From: Macrostomum lignano
Lineage: Eukaryota
Assembly: GCA_002269645.1 (NCBI GenBank)
Contig: NIVC01001018.1
Location: 198,648-262,647, forward strand
Direction: 5' to 3'
DNA: 64,000 bases
In this document: positions 32,993 through 45,294 of the stretch, one piece after another
How the letters are laid out: every line of letters begins with the position of its first letter
Position numbering within the stretch: position 1 is the stretch's first letter
The notes under the pieces: generated by a model
Databases searched by the model: none
What the model was told of the DNA's origin: nothing
Seen by the model: only the letters and a program-made list of their open reading frames with translations
Position numbers and translations under genes: made by a program

Positions 32993-35900
32993 TTAACACT
33001 CATCTTACTTTGCTTCTATGACTATAGCCAACTACCAAATGAGATACTAGCTTCAAAGTATCTTAGCTGCTACTGCAGCATAAGATGACTAGCTTAAAAA
33101 ATAGCCTTTCTGAATTGACACCTGGGCATGAAAGCTGGTCCATAGTCCCGAGTATGCTTAATGCACGCGAAAATAATTTTTGCCCTTGCACGCTACACGC
33201 GGGAGGTCAAATCACATATACACCCCATGCATGCCGAGCTAAATGACTTTTTAAATTTAAATTTTAGATTTTTTTGATTTAAATTTTTAACAAGAGATTT
33301 AAAATTCAAATAAAGAAAAAAACTATCCATTTGACCATAGTAAACTAGGACAGGTGAGTGGCAGCAAGGGATCTAGATCTACCGATCTATTTACATAAGC
33401 AGTAAGCTTTGCATTGAATAATTAATGCAAGACACACTTTCAAATAAAAACGAAAAAAATACTTACAAAATACTTTAGTTTGTATTTATTATATACTGTT
33501 TTATAATTCCTGAAAATTGTTTTGCATCACACAAAAATTGTTTTCCTTATTGCAGATACACAAAAAGATCTCTCATTATGCACATTGTGTTATTATCGTG
33601 AGACATTCAATTTAAAATAAAAAATTTGTCGTTACCAAAAATGTGGAGTGAATAAAATATTTGCGCAGCGCATGCCAAAATAATTTCCGCCTCTTGGCTG
33701 CATGCTGTGCACGCTGTATATAGCTGCCTGGGACCTTGTTGCATCGCATGCGAGAATTTTCCTCACAAAACAGCATCTTTGGGAGTATAGCAGCTGGTGC
33801 ATGCCCATGCCAGTCTATCCAAAAATTGGTCACCTTACCTAGGGCCTATATGCCATTGCAATGGCATTTGTGTTGCCATTATATTGCCAGCGCCACCTCT
33901 ACCGCATGTCAAGCATGACACCATTAGTTTTCAATAAGATACATGGTATGTTGCCATTTAGTTGATAATGTCTCGAGGTGTTGTCATAATAGTGGCATAG
34001 CTCTAGTGCAAGACGCACTTGCCTAGGGGGTACCATAAATGTAGGTGCTGCAGGGCAACCATCTATGTCATTGAATATAATTGTATGTTTTTTAGCAAGC
34101 TGACTAAAAACTTAAGAAGACTTATAAATTATTTTTTATACCCCCTTCTAGTTTTCTAGTGATATCCTTGCAGTTTTAACCATAGACAATTGCTAAAAGA
34201 CAGTTGTTGCTTCACTTTCTTACACGCCTTGGCACAATTTCAATTTCATGCTTTTATAAATGCTACAAAGGTTTTCATGTCATACTATTATTATCGTTTT
34301 TTGTCATTTTAAGTTAGTACTGTTCATATTCAAACAGAAAATTAAATTGTTTTTCTTAGAACACACAAATTTTAAAATGGCATAGAAATTTAGATTTTCA
34401 CATACAAATAAAGAATAAAAGAGGCCTTCTATATATTAAATAATAAAAATAGGCCTAATAACTTTTAAATGATTAATTTTAATTATCATATAATAATTAA
34501 CTTTTCAGACTAATAATAATAACCACAGTCTGGATCATGTAACATACACCTGAAAATTTAGGTATGCATTGGCTTTGCAGGCCAAAAGTTAGGTATACAC
34601 ACTTGGCATGCATGATTTGTAGGAAAATAATTTGCATGCATACCTAGAAGCCTAGCATGCAATGTATACAATCAGGCAAAAAAGTTGGGGCCTAGTGTTA
34701 AGTGGAAAAAGATTGAAAAGTTTATTTTTAAAAATAAATTTCAATTTAAGCTTTCCAGTTTTAAGTTTATAATAAAAAACTTAAAAAATGTTTTTACATA
34801 TTGATTTTTTTGCATTGTAAATAATATGGAATACTTTTAGACACAGTGGCTAGTTCTATAATGTTGGAGCATATAAGCATAGCTGCAATGTCTATAGGCC
34901 CTAATGTTAAGCATACATGGTAACTACTGTTGCTATAAATTATGGCAATAAATGTGTAGGTATTGTAGACATGGCTGCTGTCTCTAGTATAAGATGCATT
35001 TTTTATTGTATGGACACAGTCACTGATTTGCTATGTCTATAAGTTCTAATATAGATATAGTAGCCTAGCCATGTCTATAAGTATAGACTTAAGCACTATT
35101 AGAAACATGATGGCCATGTCTATAATCCAAAAACTTATAGAAATGGTGGTTGTGTCTCTAAGTGTGGTATAAATAATACTATATAGACAAGAAAGAAAGT
35201 TAAATAATCAACTGAATTATTAGCCAAAAAGGGTCCTTTATGGTTACACAATTCAAAAAAGGTTATTTATTTTTGAATTGTTGAAAGTGAAAAAAGGTCA
35301 ATTATTATTGTAACACTAGCCTAGATTTGAGAATATAGACATGCATTTAATTTTTTTGGTATATTTATAATACCAAATTGTTACAAATTATAAGTTTTTG
35401 TTTAGGCATGCACCTAGCATGATCCAGCCTATAGAATAATAGTGTATATAAATATATTGTATTGGTAAATATATTGTCTCTAGACAAGTAATTCCCATAT
35501 ATTAAAAGTAAGTTTATAGATATTTTTATTTATAAATGATTGATTTTTAAAAAAGTAAATGATAAGATAAAGATATCAAACTACTTTGAATTTAAGACAG
35601 TCTAAATCTACCTAGCAAACTTAATATAAATAATAAAATATAAGAGTAAGTAAATGAGTTGTCTCTATAAAGGTTTTTGATAGTGCTAATTTCAAATTGA
35701 AACTTCATTTTTATATAGGCCCTTAGCTTTAACCCAAGTCCTAATTATATTTAGTTTAAAGCCAACCACTAGGGTATAAGAAATAAAATAGGAGGTTAAG
35801 TTACTTAATGTAAGGACCTAAGGAGATTTTTTAATGGGATTGATTCTATTCTGAAAAATATTTAAACGTGATTCTAAGGAATATTTAGGGGAAATTCTAA

Positions 35901-36811
35901 GGAATGTTTAAGGGTGTTGGGTGATTTTGAGGGATATTTAAAAGCAATTCTAAGGAAAACAAAAGATGATTCTTGGGGTTTATGTAGTGACTAAAAATGG
36001 TTTATTTAAAAAAAGAAGCAGGAAATAAAATATATATTCAAATGATCACTAAATAGCTAATAATTTTTTAGTTAACTTAAAAATTCCTTATTGGCAAATG
36101 TGACAAAAACCAAACCATGTAGTATAAAAATTAAAGTTGATATGATTTTGAAAATAAGGTTAGTAATTTGTTTACTATGCTATTAATGTTCTTTACTATG
36201 CTTTATAGTTTATCTAGGCTATGTAGAGTTATTGCTGGCATCATTTAGCTATTTAGATATTTAGCAATTTTAGGATTATTTTCATATTTTTAACCATTAT
36301 ATAAACAATTATATAAATAGCACTGCAAAACAAAGTCAACAAAACTGCTAAATTACTGGCATAGCTTTAATAGAACCCCATAGGTACATGTTGCAAGTTG
36401 AATGCAAAATAGACTAAAATATAAGTTATCATGTTGTCTGAATGTCTTTCAGAGCATTTTAAACATGTATAACAACAAACTACTGATTACTATCTCACAA
36501 TGCAATATTTTTATAATGCCAAGTAGCATTTCTCTTGCCTTAAAGATTATAAAAAGTGGCTGCTGCAAAAGTTTCTACAGTGAATTTGTTTTGTTGTTCA
36601 TAGTTTTAGAAAAGCAAAAAATACTAAATTAGCATATCATTCTTTTTTTGTAAAATGGACCTTTTTGCAATTGCAAGTCCAAAGAGTGCAATTTTTTGGA
36701 CCTCTCTTGGACTTTTATGATTAACAGTGTGCTAAGTTTGGAAGATGGTTAATAAGATGCAACCTAAAATTTACATATAATAATGCGAATTCTTCTCACA
36801 GCTGGTGGCCC

Positions 36812-38740
36812 ATGGACAGCGGACAATTTACCGAAGACATCAGTCGCCAAATGCGCATACCAGATAGGCTGGGCCCAATGGCAGACAGGGATTATGAAGC
36901 CCTCCACACTGACACTGATGGCGGCTTCAGCCGTGCCGCACAGCAACAGCCCGCGTTTCTCGGCGCTCTCGATTTGATGAGCGTGCCGGATCGACTGCTA
37001 GCTACTTTGTGCCCGCGCCAGCCGACGATTTTAACAATACTTATCGTAGTTACTATAGCGACGCCAGGGCTGACGCGGGCGGCGGGGCTAAGCTTGCGGA
37101 CCCGGCTCTGACTATTGATACACCGCCAGCCACCATCACTCTGGACAAGGTGCGGTATCCGGACTTCCCAGCCTCCGATGAGAGCAGCTTGTGAGTTCAA
37201 TGCTCGCATGATTGCTAATTGACTGCCTGCTGAATTTAAACCTCTTATGGGTTTTTTTCCAAGATAAATAGAATCGCCCCACCCCCATCTCAATAATCGC
37301 CCCACACCCATCTCAATAATCGCCTCACACCCATCTCAATAATCGCCCCACACCCATCTCAAGAATGGCCCCATCCCCATCTCAAGAATGGCCCCATCCC
37401 CATCTCAAGAATGGCCCCATCCCCATCTCAAGAATGGCCCCATCCCCATCTCAAGAATGGCCCCATCCCAATCTCAAGAATCGCCCCACACCCATCTCAA
37501 GAATCGCCCCACACCCATCTCAAGAATGGCCTCATCCCCATCTCAAGAATGGCCCCATCCCCTCCTCAAGAATGGCCCCATCCCCTCCTCAAGAATGGCC
37601 CCATCCCCTCCTCAAGAATGGCCCCATCCCCTCCTCAAGAATGGCCCCATCCCCATCTCAAGAAGTGCCCCATCCCCATCTCAAGAATGGCCTCATCCCT
37701 CCTCAAGAAGTGCCCCATCCCCTCCTCAAGAAGTGCCCCATCCCCTCCTCAAGAAGTGCCCCATCCCCTCCTCAAGAAGTGCCCCATCCCCTCCTCAAGA
37801 AGTTCCCCATCCCCTCCTCAAGAATGGCCCCATCCCCTCCTCAAGAATGGCCCCATCCCCTCCTCAAGAATGGCCCCATCCCCATCTCAAGAATGGCCTC
37901 ATCCCTCCTCAAGAATGGCCTCATCCCTCCTCAAGAAGTGCCCCATCCCCTCCTCAAGAAGTGCCCCATCCCCTCCTCAAGAAGTGCCCCATCCCCTCCT
38001 CAAGAATGGCCCCATCCCCTCCTCAAGAATGGCCCCATCCCCTCCTCAAGAAGTGCCCCATCCCCTCCTCAAGAATGGCCCCATCCCCATCTCAAGAAGT
38101 GCCCCATCCCCATCTCAAGAATGGCCTCATCCCTCCTCAAGAAGTGCCCCATCCCCTCCTCAAGAAGTGCCCCATCCCCTCCTCAAGAAGTGCCCCATCC
38201 CAATCTCAAGAATCGCCCCACACCCATCTCAAGAATGGCCCCATCCTAATCTCAAGAATCGCCCCACACCCATCTCAAGAATGGCCCCATCCCCATCTCA
38301 AGAATGGCCCCATCCCCTCCTCAAGAAGTGCCCCATCCCCTCCTCAAGAAGTGCCCCATCCCCTCCTCAAGAATGGCTCCATCCCCTCCTCAAGAAGTGC
38401 CCCATCCCCATCTCAAAAATCGCCCCATCCCCATTTTAATAATCAATCCATCGCCATCTAAAGAATGGCCGCAGGCAAGAAGAAGCGCCGCAGGCTGAGC
38501 AGCCGGCAGCGTCCGGCCTCGCCGCCCAGCAACAGCATCTACGAGTTGGACGATGACGCAACAGTGGCGCCGACAGCTCTGGCGGCCTCCAAGCTGGCCA
38601 AACTGCAGCGTCGCGTTGAAGCGCTGGAGTCCGAGAGCCGGAAGCGGCGTCAACTGGAGATGGCGCTGTACTCGGCTTTGGGAACTTACCTGCTGTTGAA
38701 ATTGGCCAGTTGGCTAGTGGCCAGCGGTGCAAATCGATAA
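36812..38740 (+). CDS. MFF: mitochondrial fission factor-like; exons 36812-37190 (one frameshift near 37005) and 38464-38740; about 218 aa
   Basis: FTEDISRQMRIPDRL and LMSVPDRLL repeats, LTIDTPPATITL, coiled coil KLQRRVEALESESRKRRQLEMALYS plus C-terminal TM; TT|gtgagt ... ctaaag|A junction is in phase. Confidence 0.82.
37270..38440. repeat. 23-bp minisatellite filling the MFF intron
   Basis: About 50 units of ctcaagaatggccccatccccat and variants. Confidence 0.95.
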
Positions 38741-39439
38741 GCTCCATTTGATTTCGTTTCGCCCGCCGCCCACAAAGTTGCAATCGTCATCATTTTCGCG
38801 CGCTTTCTTTCGTTTCTTAGCCCGGAACTATCGAGTGCTTTTTTGCTCGGACCTTTCACGAATAATTATTAAAAATGTAGTTCTCCATTATTTTTCACTA
38901 CTAACAGTAGTAGATATCAGTAGTAAATATCGATTGGTGCAAAAGATACGAGTGTGAATAACATTTTCAGTTTAGTGTGAAACCCAATAAAAGGGTCTGC
39001 CGTGCTTCCTTTGTATTGTCATTATATTTTACGGTACGTTTAAAACAAAAATGTTTACTTGTTTTTTCATTAATTTTATTCAACAGAAAGCGCCTAAAAG
39101 CTATGGCTATTTTGAGAGAACTTTCTTTTTATAAAGTACTTCAAATCGCAATGTACGATCCATTGTGCGCCCACTGCTCAACAAAACCAACAAGAGGCTT
39201 TGAATAATAAGCGTATTAGATTTTTTTAATCACATTTTGGTTGCAATGATTTCTAACACTGCCTTACTGTTGCCAGTTAACTTCTGCGGCATGGTATGCA
39301 TTTTTTACCTACTCCTGGCTACTCTTATAGCTGCTGACTGAGCACCAGCCTACTGACAGAGACTTGGCCACTCACTCACCTATTCACTCATAAAGCATCA
39401 TTAGGTGTCGCCCTTACTCTGAGACCCACCCTCAGTCTC

Positions 39440-39810
39440 AGATTCACTGTCTCGCTCTGGGGTTCCCTATCTCACTCTGAGATTCTCGATCTCACTGAGA
39501 TTCACTGTCTCATTCTGAGACTCACTCTCCCACTCTGAGACTCACTCTCCCACTCTATGACTCACTCTCCCACTCTGAGACTCACTCTCCCACTCTGAGA
39601 CTCACTCTCCCACTCTGAGATTCTCGATCTCACTGAGATTCACTCTCCCACTCTGAGACTCACTCTCCCACTGTGAGATTCACTCTCTCATTCTGAGATT
39701 CACCGTCTCGCTCTGAGATTGGCCCTCTCTAAGATTCATCTTGTTCTAAGATTTACCCTCTCATCCTGAGATTCACCCTCTCACCCTGAGATTCACCCGC
39801 ACTCTGAACC
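39440..39810. repeat. 20-bp degenerate minisatellite
   Basis: ctctgagactcactctccca units, ending just before the acceptor at 39832. Confidence 0.85.
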
Positions 39811-39861
39811 GGACTACTGCCCTCATTTGCAGCCCACACACCGTCGCGTAGCCATTAGAAG

Positions 39862-41546
39862 ATGTTCGGCAAGAAGAAATCAGCCCCAGGAGCGAAGCCA
39901 AAGCTGGACGATAACGCCAAGGCTGCCGTCATGGCCACCGCCGGATTTGACGGCTCGGGTGGTGGAGGCAAAACTGGGGCTGGCGCCGGGGCCAGCGCAT
40001 CCGGTACGCAGGCTGCGGCGGCTGGCGGTGCGCAACTGCTGAACCAGGCTCTGGAGCGGTACAGCGTGCGAATGAAGCGATTTTGTAAGGCCGGCGCTAT
40101 CTTGGCCGGAATTGGCATCGTTATCCTGCTGGTTGGAGCTCTGCTGGTCCACTTCTTTAAGGGCCACCTGTCGTCTAATACGTGGAAAAGGTTTGCGGTG
40201 GAGAGGGTTAGGGTGTGGGCTGGCGGGTGGGTTAGGGTGTTAGCTGGCGGGTGGGTTAGGGTGTGGGCTGGCGGGTGGGTTAGGGTGTGGGCTGGCGGGT
40301 GGGTTAGGGTGTTAGCTGGCGGGTGGGTTAGGGTGTTAGCTAACGGGTGGGTTAGGGTGTGGGCTGGCGGGTGGGTTAGGGTGTTAGCTGGCGGGTGGGT
40401 TAGGATGTTAGCTGGCGGGTGGGTTAGGGTGTTAGCTGGCGGGTAGGTTAGGGTGTTAGCTGGCGGGTGGGTTAGGGTGTTAGCTGGCGGGTGGGTTAGG
40501 GTGTTAGCTGCCGGGTGGGTTAGGGTGTTAGCTGGCGGGTGGGTTAGGGTGTTAGCTGCCGGGTAGGTTAGGGTGTTAGCTGGCGGGTGGGTTAGGGTGT
40601 TAGCTGGCGGGTGGGTTAGGGTGTTAGCTGGCGGGTGGGTTAGGGTGTTAGCTGGCGGGTGGGTTAGGGTGTTATCTGGCGGGTGGGTTAGGGTGTTAGC
40701 TGGCGGGTGGGTTAGGATGTTAGCTGGCGGGTGGGTTAGGGTGTTAGCTGGCGGGTGGGTTAGGGTGTTAGCTGGCGGGTGGGTTAGGATGTTAGCTGGC
40801 GGGTGGGTTAGGGTGTTAGCTGGCGGGTGGGTTAGGGTGTTAGCTGGCGGGTGGGTTAGGGTGTTAGCTGGCGGGTGGGTTAGGGTGTTAGCTGGCGGGT
40901 GGGTTAGGGTGTTAGCTGGCGGGTGGGTTAGGGTGTTAGCTGGCGGGTGGGTTAGGGTGTTATCTGGCGGGTGGGTTAGGGTGTTAGCTGGCGGGTGGGT
41001 TAGGGTGTTGGCTGGCGGGTAGGTTAGGGTGTTGGCTGGCGGGTAGGTTAGGGTGTGAGCTGGCGGGCGGGTTAGCGTTTGTTTAAGGTGTGGTAGTTAA
41101 AATTCACATGCACACCCCAATGTCTCTGTTTGCAGAATTCCGGGCATTTTCGGCATCGTATTCCTGCTGCTCAGCCTGCTGATGCTGGGCATTGCCATCC
41201 TGCTGCTTGTGTGCGCTTATCACCTGATGAAGAATCGGGACAGAGACGTGAGTGAATATTTAATATTGTATAGGCTTAATCGGGTTGAGTGAATGCGTGT
41301 AAATTTGCACTCACCCTACTAACAGTAGTAGCAGCAGTAGTAATTCTCTAAACTGTGCGCAAATTTCTTCAGTCGGCTTCGCCTTGCGTGAACCTACAAC
41401 CGCCGCAGCCGGGCAGCCTACCGGACACCGCCTATCCCAAACAGGAGGTCCCCAAACAGAAAGGCGCCGGTGACGCTTCGGCTCCAGACGACGAATCGGC
41501 GCCGCTTCGTGCTACTGAAGAGGCGGAAGCGGAGGCGACTGCGTAG
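39862..41546 (+). CDS. uncharacterised two-TM membrane protein; exons 39862-40190, 41136-41247, 41373-41546; 204 aa
   Basis: GT-AG junctions in phase; hydrophobic segments AGAILAGIGIVILLVGALLV and IFGIVFLLLSLLMLGIAILLLVC; AATAAA at 41603. Confidence 0.85.
40203..41075. repeat. 24-bp G-rich minisatellite in intron 1
   Basis: About 36 units of gggttagggtgttagctggcgggt. Confidence 0.95.
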
Positions 41547-42054
41547 AGTCGTAGACGCAGTGCGGAGCAGACACTACCGGGTTTACTATAATAATGTTTA
41601 CCAATAAAAAGCGTATATATCCGGTATATATAAATATTCATAATATACTCGTAAAATATTTTTTGTTTTCTGTTTGCCTTTTGTCTTACTGCTATTATTA
41701 ATTCTATTTTTTGCGGTTTATGTCTAAAGCTGTTCATGGGAGCAGCTAACCAAAAGTTCATCTGCACTGGAATTAATTCAGGAATCTTCCTTTGCTAGTT
41801 CTGTCTTGAGAGTTGATTGGACTTTGAAGTTAGAGTGCTTATAAGCGAATGGAAAATAATTTTAATAATTTACCTTTTGTAAATGTTTGTATACTTAGCA
41901 TAACTTGATTTTCATACAAATTTCTAGTTATTTTATTTAAATTTGTATCCACTTAGTTTTTCCGTCGATATCATTTATAGTTTCGGCTATATAATAAAAT
42001 GCAACTAATTTTCTTGGTTTTCTCGCTATTATTACCAGCTTTGTAAATTAAGGC

Positions 42055-42400
42055 ATCAATGAAAAAATTGTAGCCGGGAAGAGGATTGTTACATTAAGGG
42101 TTGGGTAAGAGTTTGTCGCGGGAGAGAGCGTGTACATTGAGGGTGGGGGTAGGAGCTTGTCGCGGGAGAGAGCGTGTACATTGAGGGTGGGGGTAGGAGC
42201 TTGTCGCGGGAGAGAGCGTGTACATTGAGGGTGGGGGTAGGAGCTTGTCGCGGGAGAGAGCGTGTACATTGAGGGTGGGGGTAGGAGCTTGTCGCGAGAG
42301 AGCGTGTGTAAATCGAAGTGGGGGTAGGAGCTTGTTGCGGGAGAGAGCGTGTGTACATTGAGAGTTGGGTAAGAGTTTGTCGCTAGAGAGTGTGTAATCG
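42055..42400. repeat. 44-bp minisatellite
   Basis: gtaggagcttgtcgcgggagagagcgtgtacattgagggtgggg units. Confidence 0.88.
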
Positions 42401-43199
42401 TTACGTTGAAAATATTGAAATATTGAAAATATTGAAAAATTGTTACGTTGAAAAATTTTCGTTATCAACAGTATTTTCCTATCAGGTCATCTTTTGTAAA
42501 ACTACCATTGCAATCCCATTTGTACGAACAATACATGGCTATTTAGCTCTATAATTTTTTAATGCAATTTTTGAAATTTTCCTTTATATTTCTAAGCCTT
42601 TGTTCGAAATGTTTAGTTCTTCTAGCTTAAGAATCTGCATGGCCTTAAGCTACCCAGTTTTATATATCTAAATATACATTTCTCAAACGCTGTCTAGTCA
42701 GCCAGTCAGATATTTTTAGCAATCTCGCTTTGTCGGCTTTCTTCGCTTGGTGCGACCCGTGCCGACTGTAACTAAAAAAATTTTGGTAGAATTTTTTTAA
42801 TGCCGATAATAAATATTTAACTTTTAAACCTGGCGAATTCAACGCCTCGTATATAAAAGCACCTTTTTAAAGCGTGTATCCAATCAGCTTTAGCTTTTTT
42901 TAAGCTTCAACATGGTTTCTTTTCATTGACAACATCGGGGCATGCGAGCCGAGGGGAGAGTATAAATATGAAAAGCTTCAAGTGCAATTCATTCTATCAA
43001 GTGTCATTGCGGGGCTACACTTGAAATATTGTAAATGCCGTGCTTATATACCTAATCTAAAGGATACAAACAAGAGAACTTGCTTTATTTTATATCATTT
43101 AACCTGATTGTACTTGTACTATTAGTACTATTAATATAAATAAACTACATGTAATTCAGTAAGAAAACGGATTTATTCAGCGTTTCAATGAACAGTAGA

Positions 43200-43990
43200 T
43201 TTTTTTGCTGCGCCTTACGAGAGCAACACTGGCACACGAAATTCCAGAACACGGGATAACTTTTTGTTCCTCACCTTCTCAAACTTGAATCAAGTTTCCA
43301 ACCCTCCGGACCGTGAGATATTCAGAGATTCTGCCGGTCGGATTTTTTCCATAAGCGCCAGTGTATTCAGTACAACCCCTGTGCGCCAACCAGCACTGCA
43401 CCTCAGTGCAGCCTTGCCAAGCCTCCAAATTACATCAGCACGTCGACCACATGTGTCTGCAACAGCTCTGACTTCGTTGGTCACTGGCTTTTACCCAGAC
43501 AGAGCTTCTGGACCTTTAAAAGGTGACACCAGGTGACTATGGACACGCTGTTGCAAATTTGCAAAATCGAGTTTCGCTGATCAAGCCTCGACAGTGGGCA
43601 TGATAACATAAATCTGACGTAGTTGCTAGAGAAATTTGCAACAGTGTGCCATAGTCCCCTGGCACCACCTGTTGAAGGTCCAGAAGCTCCGCCTGGGTAA
43701 AAGCCAGTGACCAACGAAGTCAGCTGATGCGCATGTGGTCGACGTTCTAATTAAATTTGGAAGTTTGGCAAGGCTGCACTGAGGCGCAGTGCTGGTTGGC
43801 GCACAGGGATGTACTGAATACACGGGCGCTTATGGGAAAATCCGACCTTCTGGCAGAATCGTCGAATATCTCGACGGTCCGGAGGGCTGGCGACTTGATT
43901 CTTGTTTGAGAAGGCGCGCAACAAAAAAGTTAGCCTGTGTTGTTGAATTTTGTGTGCCTGTTTTGCTCCGTTTCGCCGCAGCAAAAAATG
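43200..43990. repeat. imperfect long inverted repeat (about 360-bp arms, about 70-bp spacer)
   Basis: 43200-43560 matches the reverse complement of 43630-43990 with scattered substitutions and indels. Confidence 0.85.
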
Positions 43991-44149
43991 GTTAGGGGGG
44001 GATTCCCCCTCCGCCCTTGGTAGTTCGACGGGCGGAATAATGGCTTGGTATTCCTATTTTTAATAAGAAAAGCGATCAGATCAGCTCAATTTTTTACATT
44101 GATCCTGCAATTAACTAAATGCTGTTGGTGCGGCTTTGGTACCGTGCCG

Positions 44150-45065
44150 TTTAGCGGTTAAGCCCACCCCTACTTCCTACCCTGCTGTCGCTGAACCGCT
44201 GCTGTGTTGGCTGTTGGGGTGGGTGCGGTTTATCGATTATCTGGCCGGCCCTCAGCCCCACCCCACTCCTAGGCCTTCTTCCTGGCCTGCTGTGTTGGGG
44301 TGGGTGCGGTTTGTCGATTATCTGGCTGGCTCTCAGAGCCCCAACCCCTCCTAGGCCTCCTTCCTGCCCTGCTGTGTTGGGGTGGGTGCGGTTTGTCGAT
44401 TATCTGGCTGGCTCTCAGAGCCCCAACCCCTCCTAGGCCTCCTTCCTGCCCTGCTGTGTTGGGGTGGGTGCGTTTTATCGATTATCTGGCCGGCCCTCAG
44501 CCCCACCCCACTCCTAGGCCTTCTTCCTGCCCTGCTGTGTTGGGGTGGGTGCGGTTTGTCGATTATCTGGCTGGCTCTCAGAGCCCCAACCCCTCCTAGG
44601 CCTCCTTCCTGCCCTGCTGTGTTGGGGTGGGTGCGGTTTATCGATTATCTGGCCGGCCCTCAGCCCCACCCCACTCCTAGGCCTTCTTCCTGCCCTGCTG
44701 TGTTGGGGTGGGTGCGGTTTGTCGATTATCTGGCTGGCTCTCAGAGCCCCAACCCCTCCTAGGCCTCCTTCCTGCCCTGCTGTGTTGGGGTGGGTGCGTT
44801 TTATCGATTATCTGGCCGGCCCTCAGCCCCACCCCACTCCTAGGCCTTCTTCCTGCCCTGCTGTGTTGGGGTGGGTGCGGTTTGTCGATTATCTGGCTGG
44901 CTCTCAGAGCCCCAACCCCTCCTAGGCCTCCTTCCTGCCCCGCTGTGTTGGGGTGGGTGCGGTTTATCGATTATCTGGCCGGCCCTCAGCCCCACCCCAC
45001 TCCTAGGCCTCCTTCCTACCCTGCTGTCACTGAACCGCTGCTGTGTTGGGGTGGGTGCGGTTTAT
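44150..45065. repeat. 163-bp tandem repeat made of two related subunits of about 82 bp
   Basis: ORF track repeats at offsets 44382, 44545, 44708, 44871. Confidence 0.92.
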
Positions 45066-45294
45066 CGAATATCCTCAGCTTTACCTTATCGCTATTGATT
45101 TGAAAATAGAATCAGACAAAAGCCACGATCAGTTTGCAAGTATAATCCAATCAATAATATAAAATGCATTACAAAGAAGGCGCAGTCGCAAACTTAATCC
45201 AATCCGTTTTATTATTTTTAGTTTCGCACAAAGCTGAAAGGATGGCAGCGTACATAGCATGATTTGCCGCAGATAGTGAGAGATTTAAAACATT

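Noticed and set aside
37365-38461. Three proline-rich ORFs of about 300 aa
   Set aside because: All frames of a stop-free 23-bp array inside the MFF intron.
40203-41075. Interstitial telomere or VRVLAGGW repeat protein
   Set aside because: TTAGGG occurs once per 24-bp unit, not in tandem, and splicing removes the region in phase.
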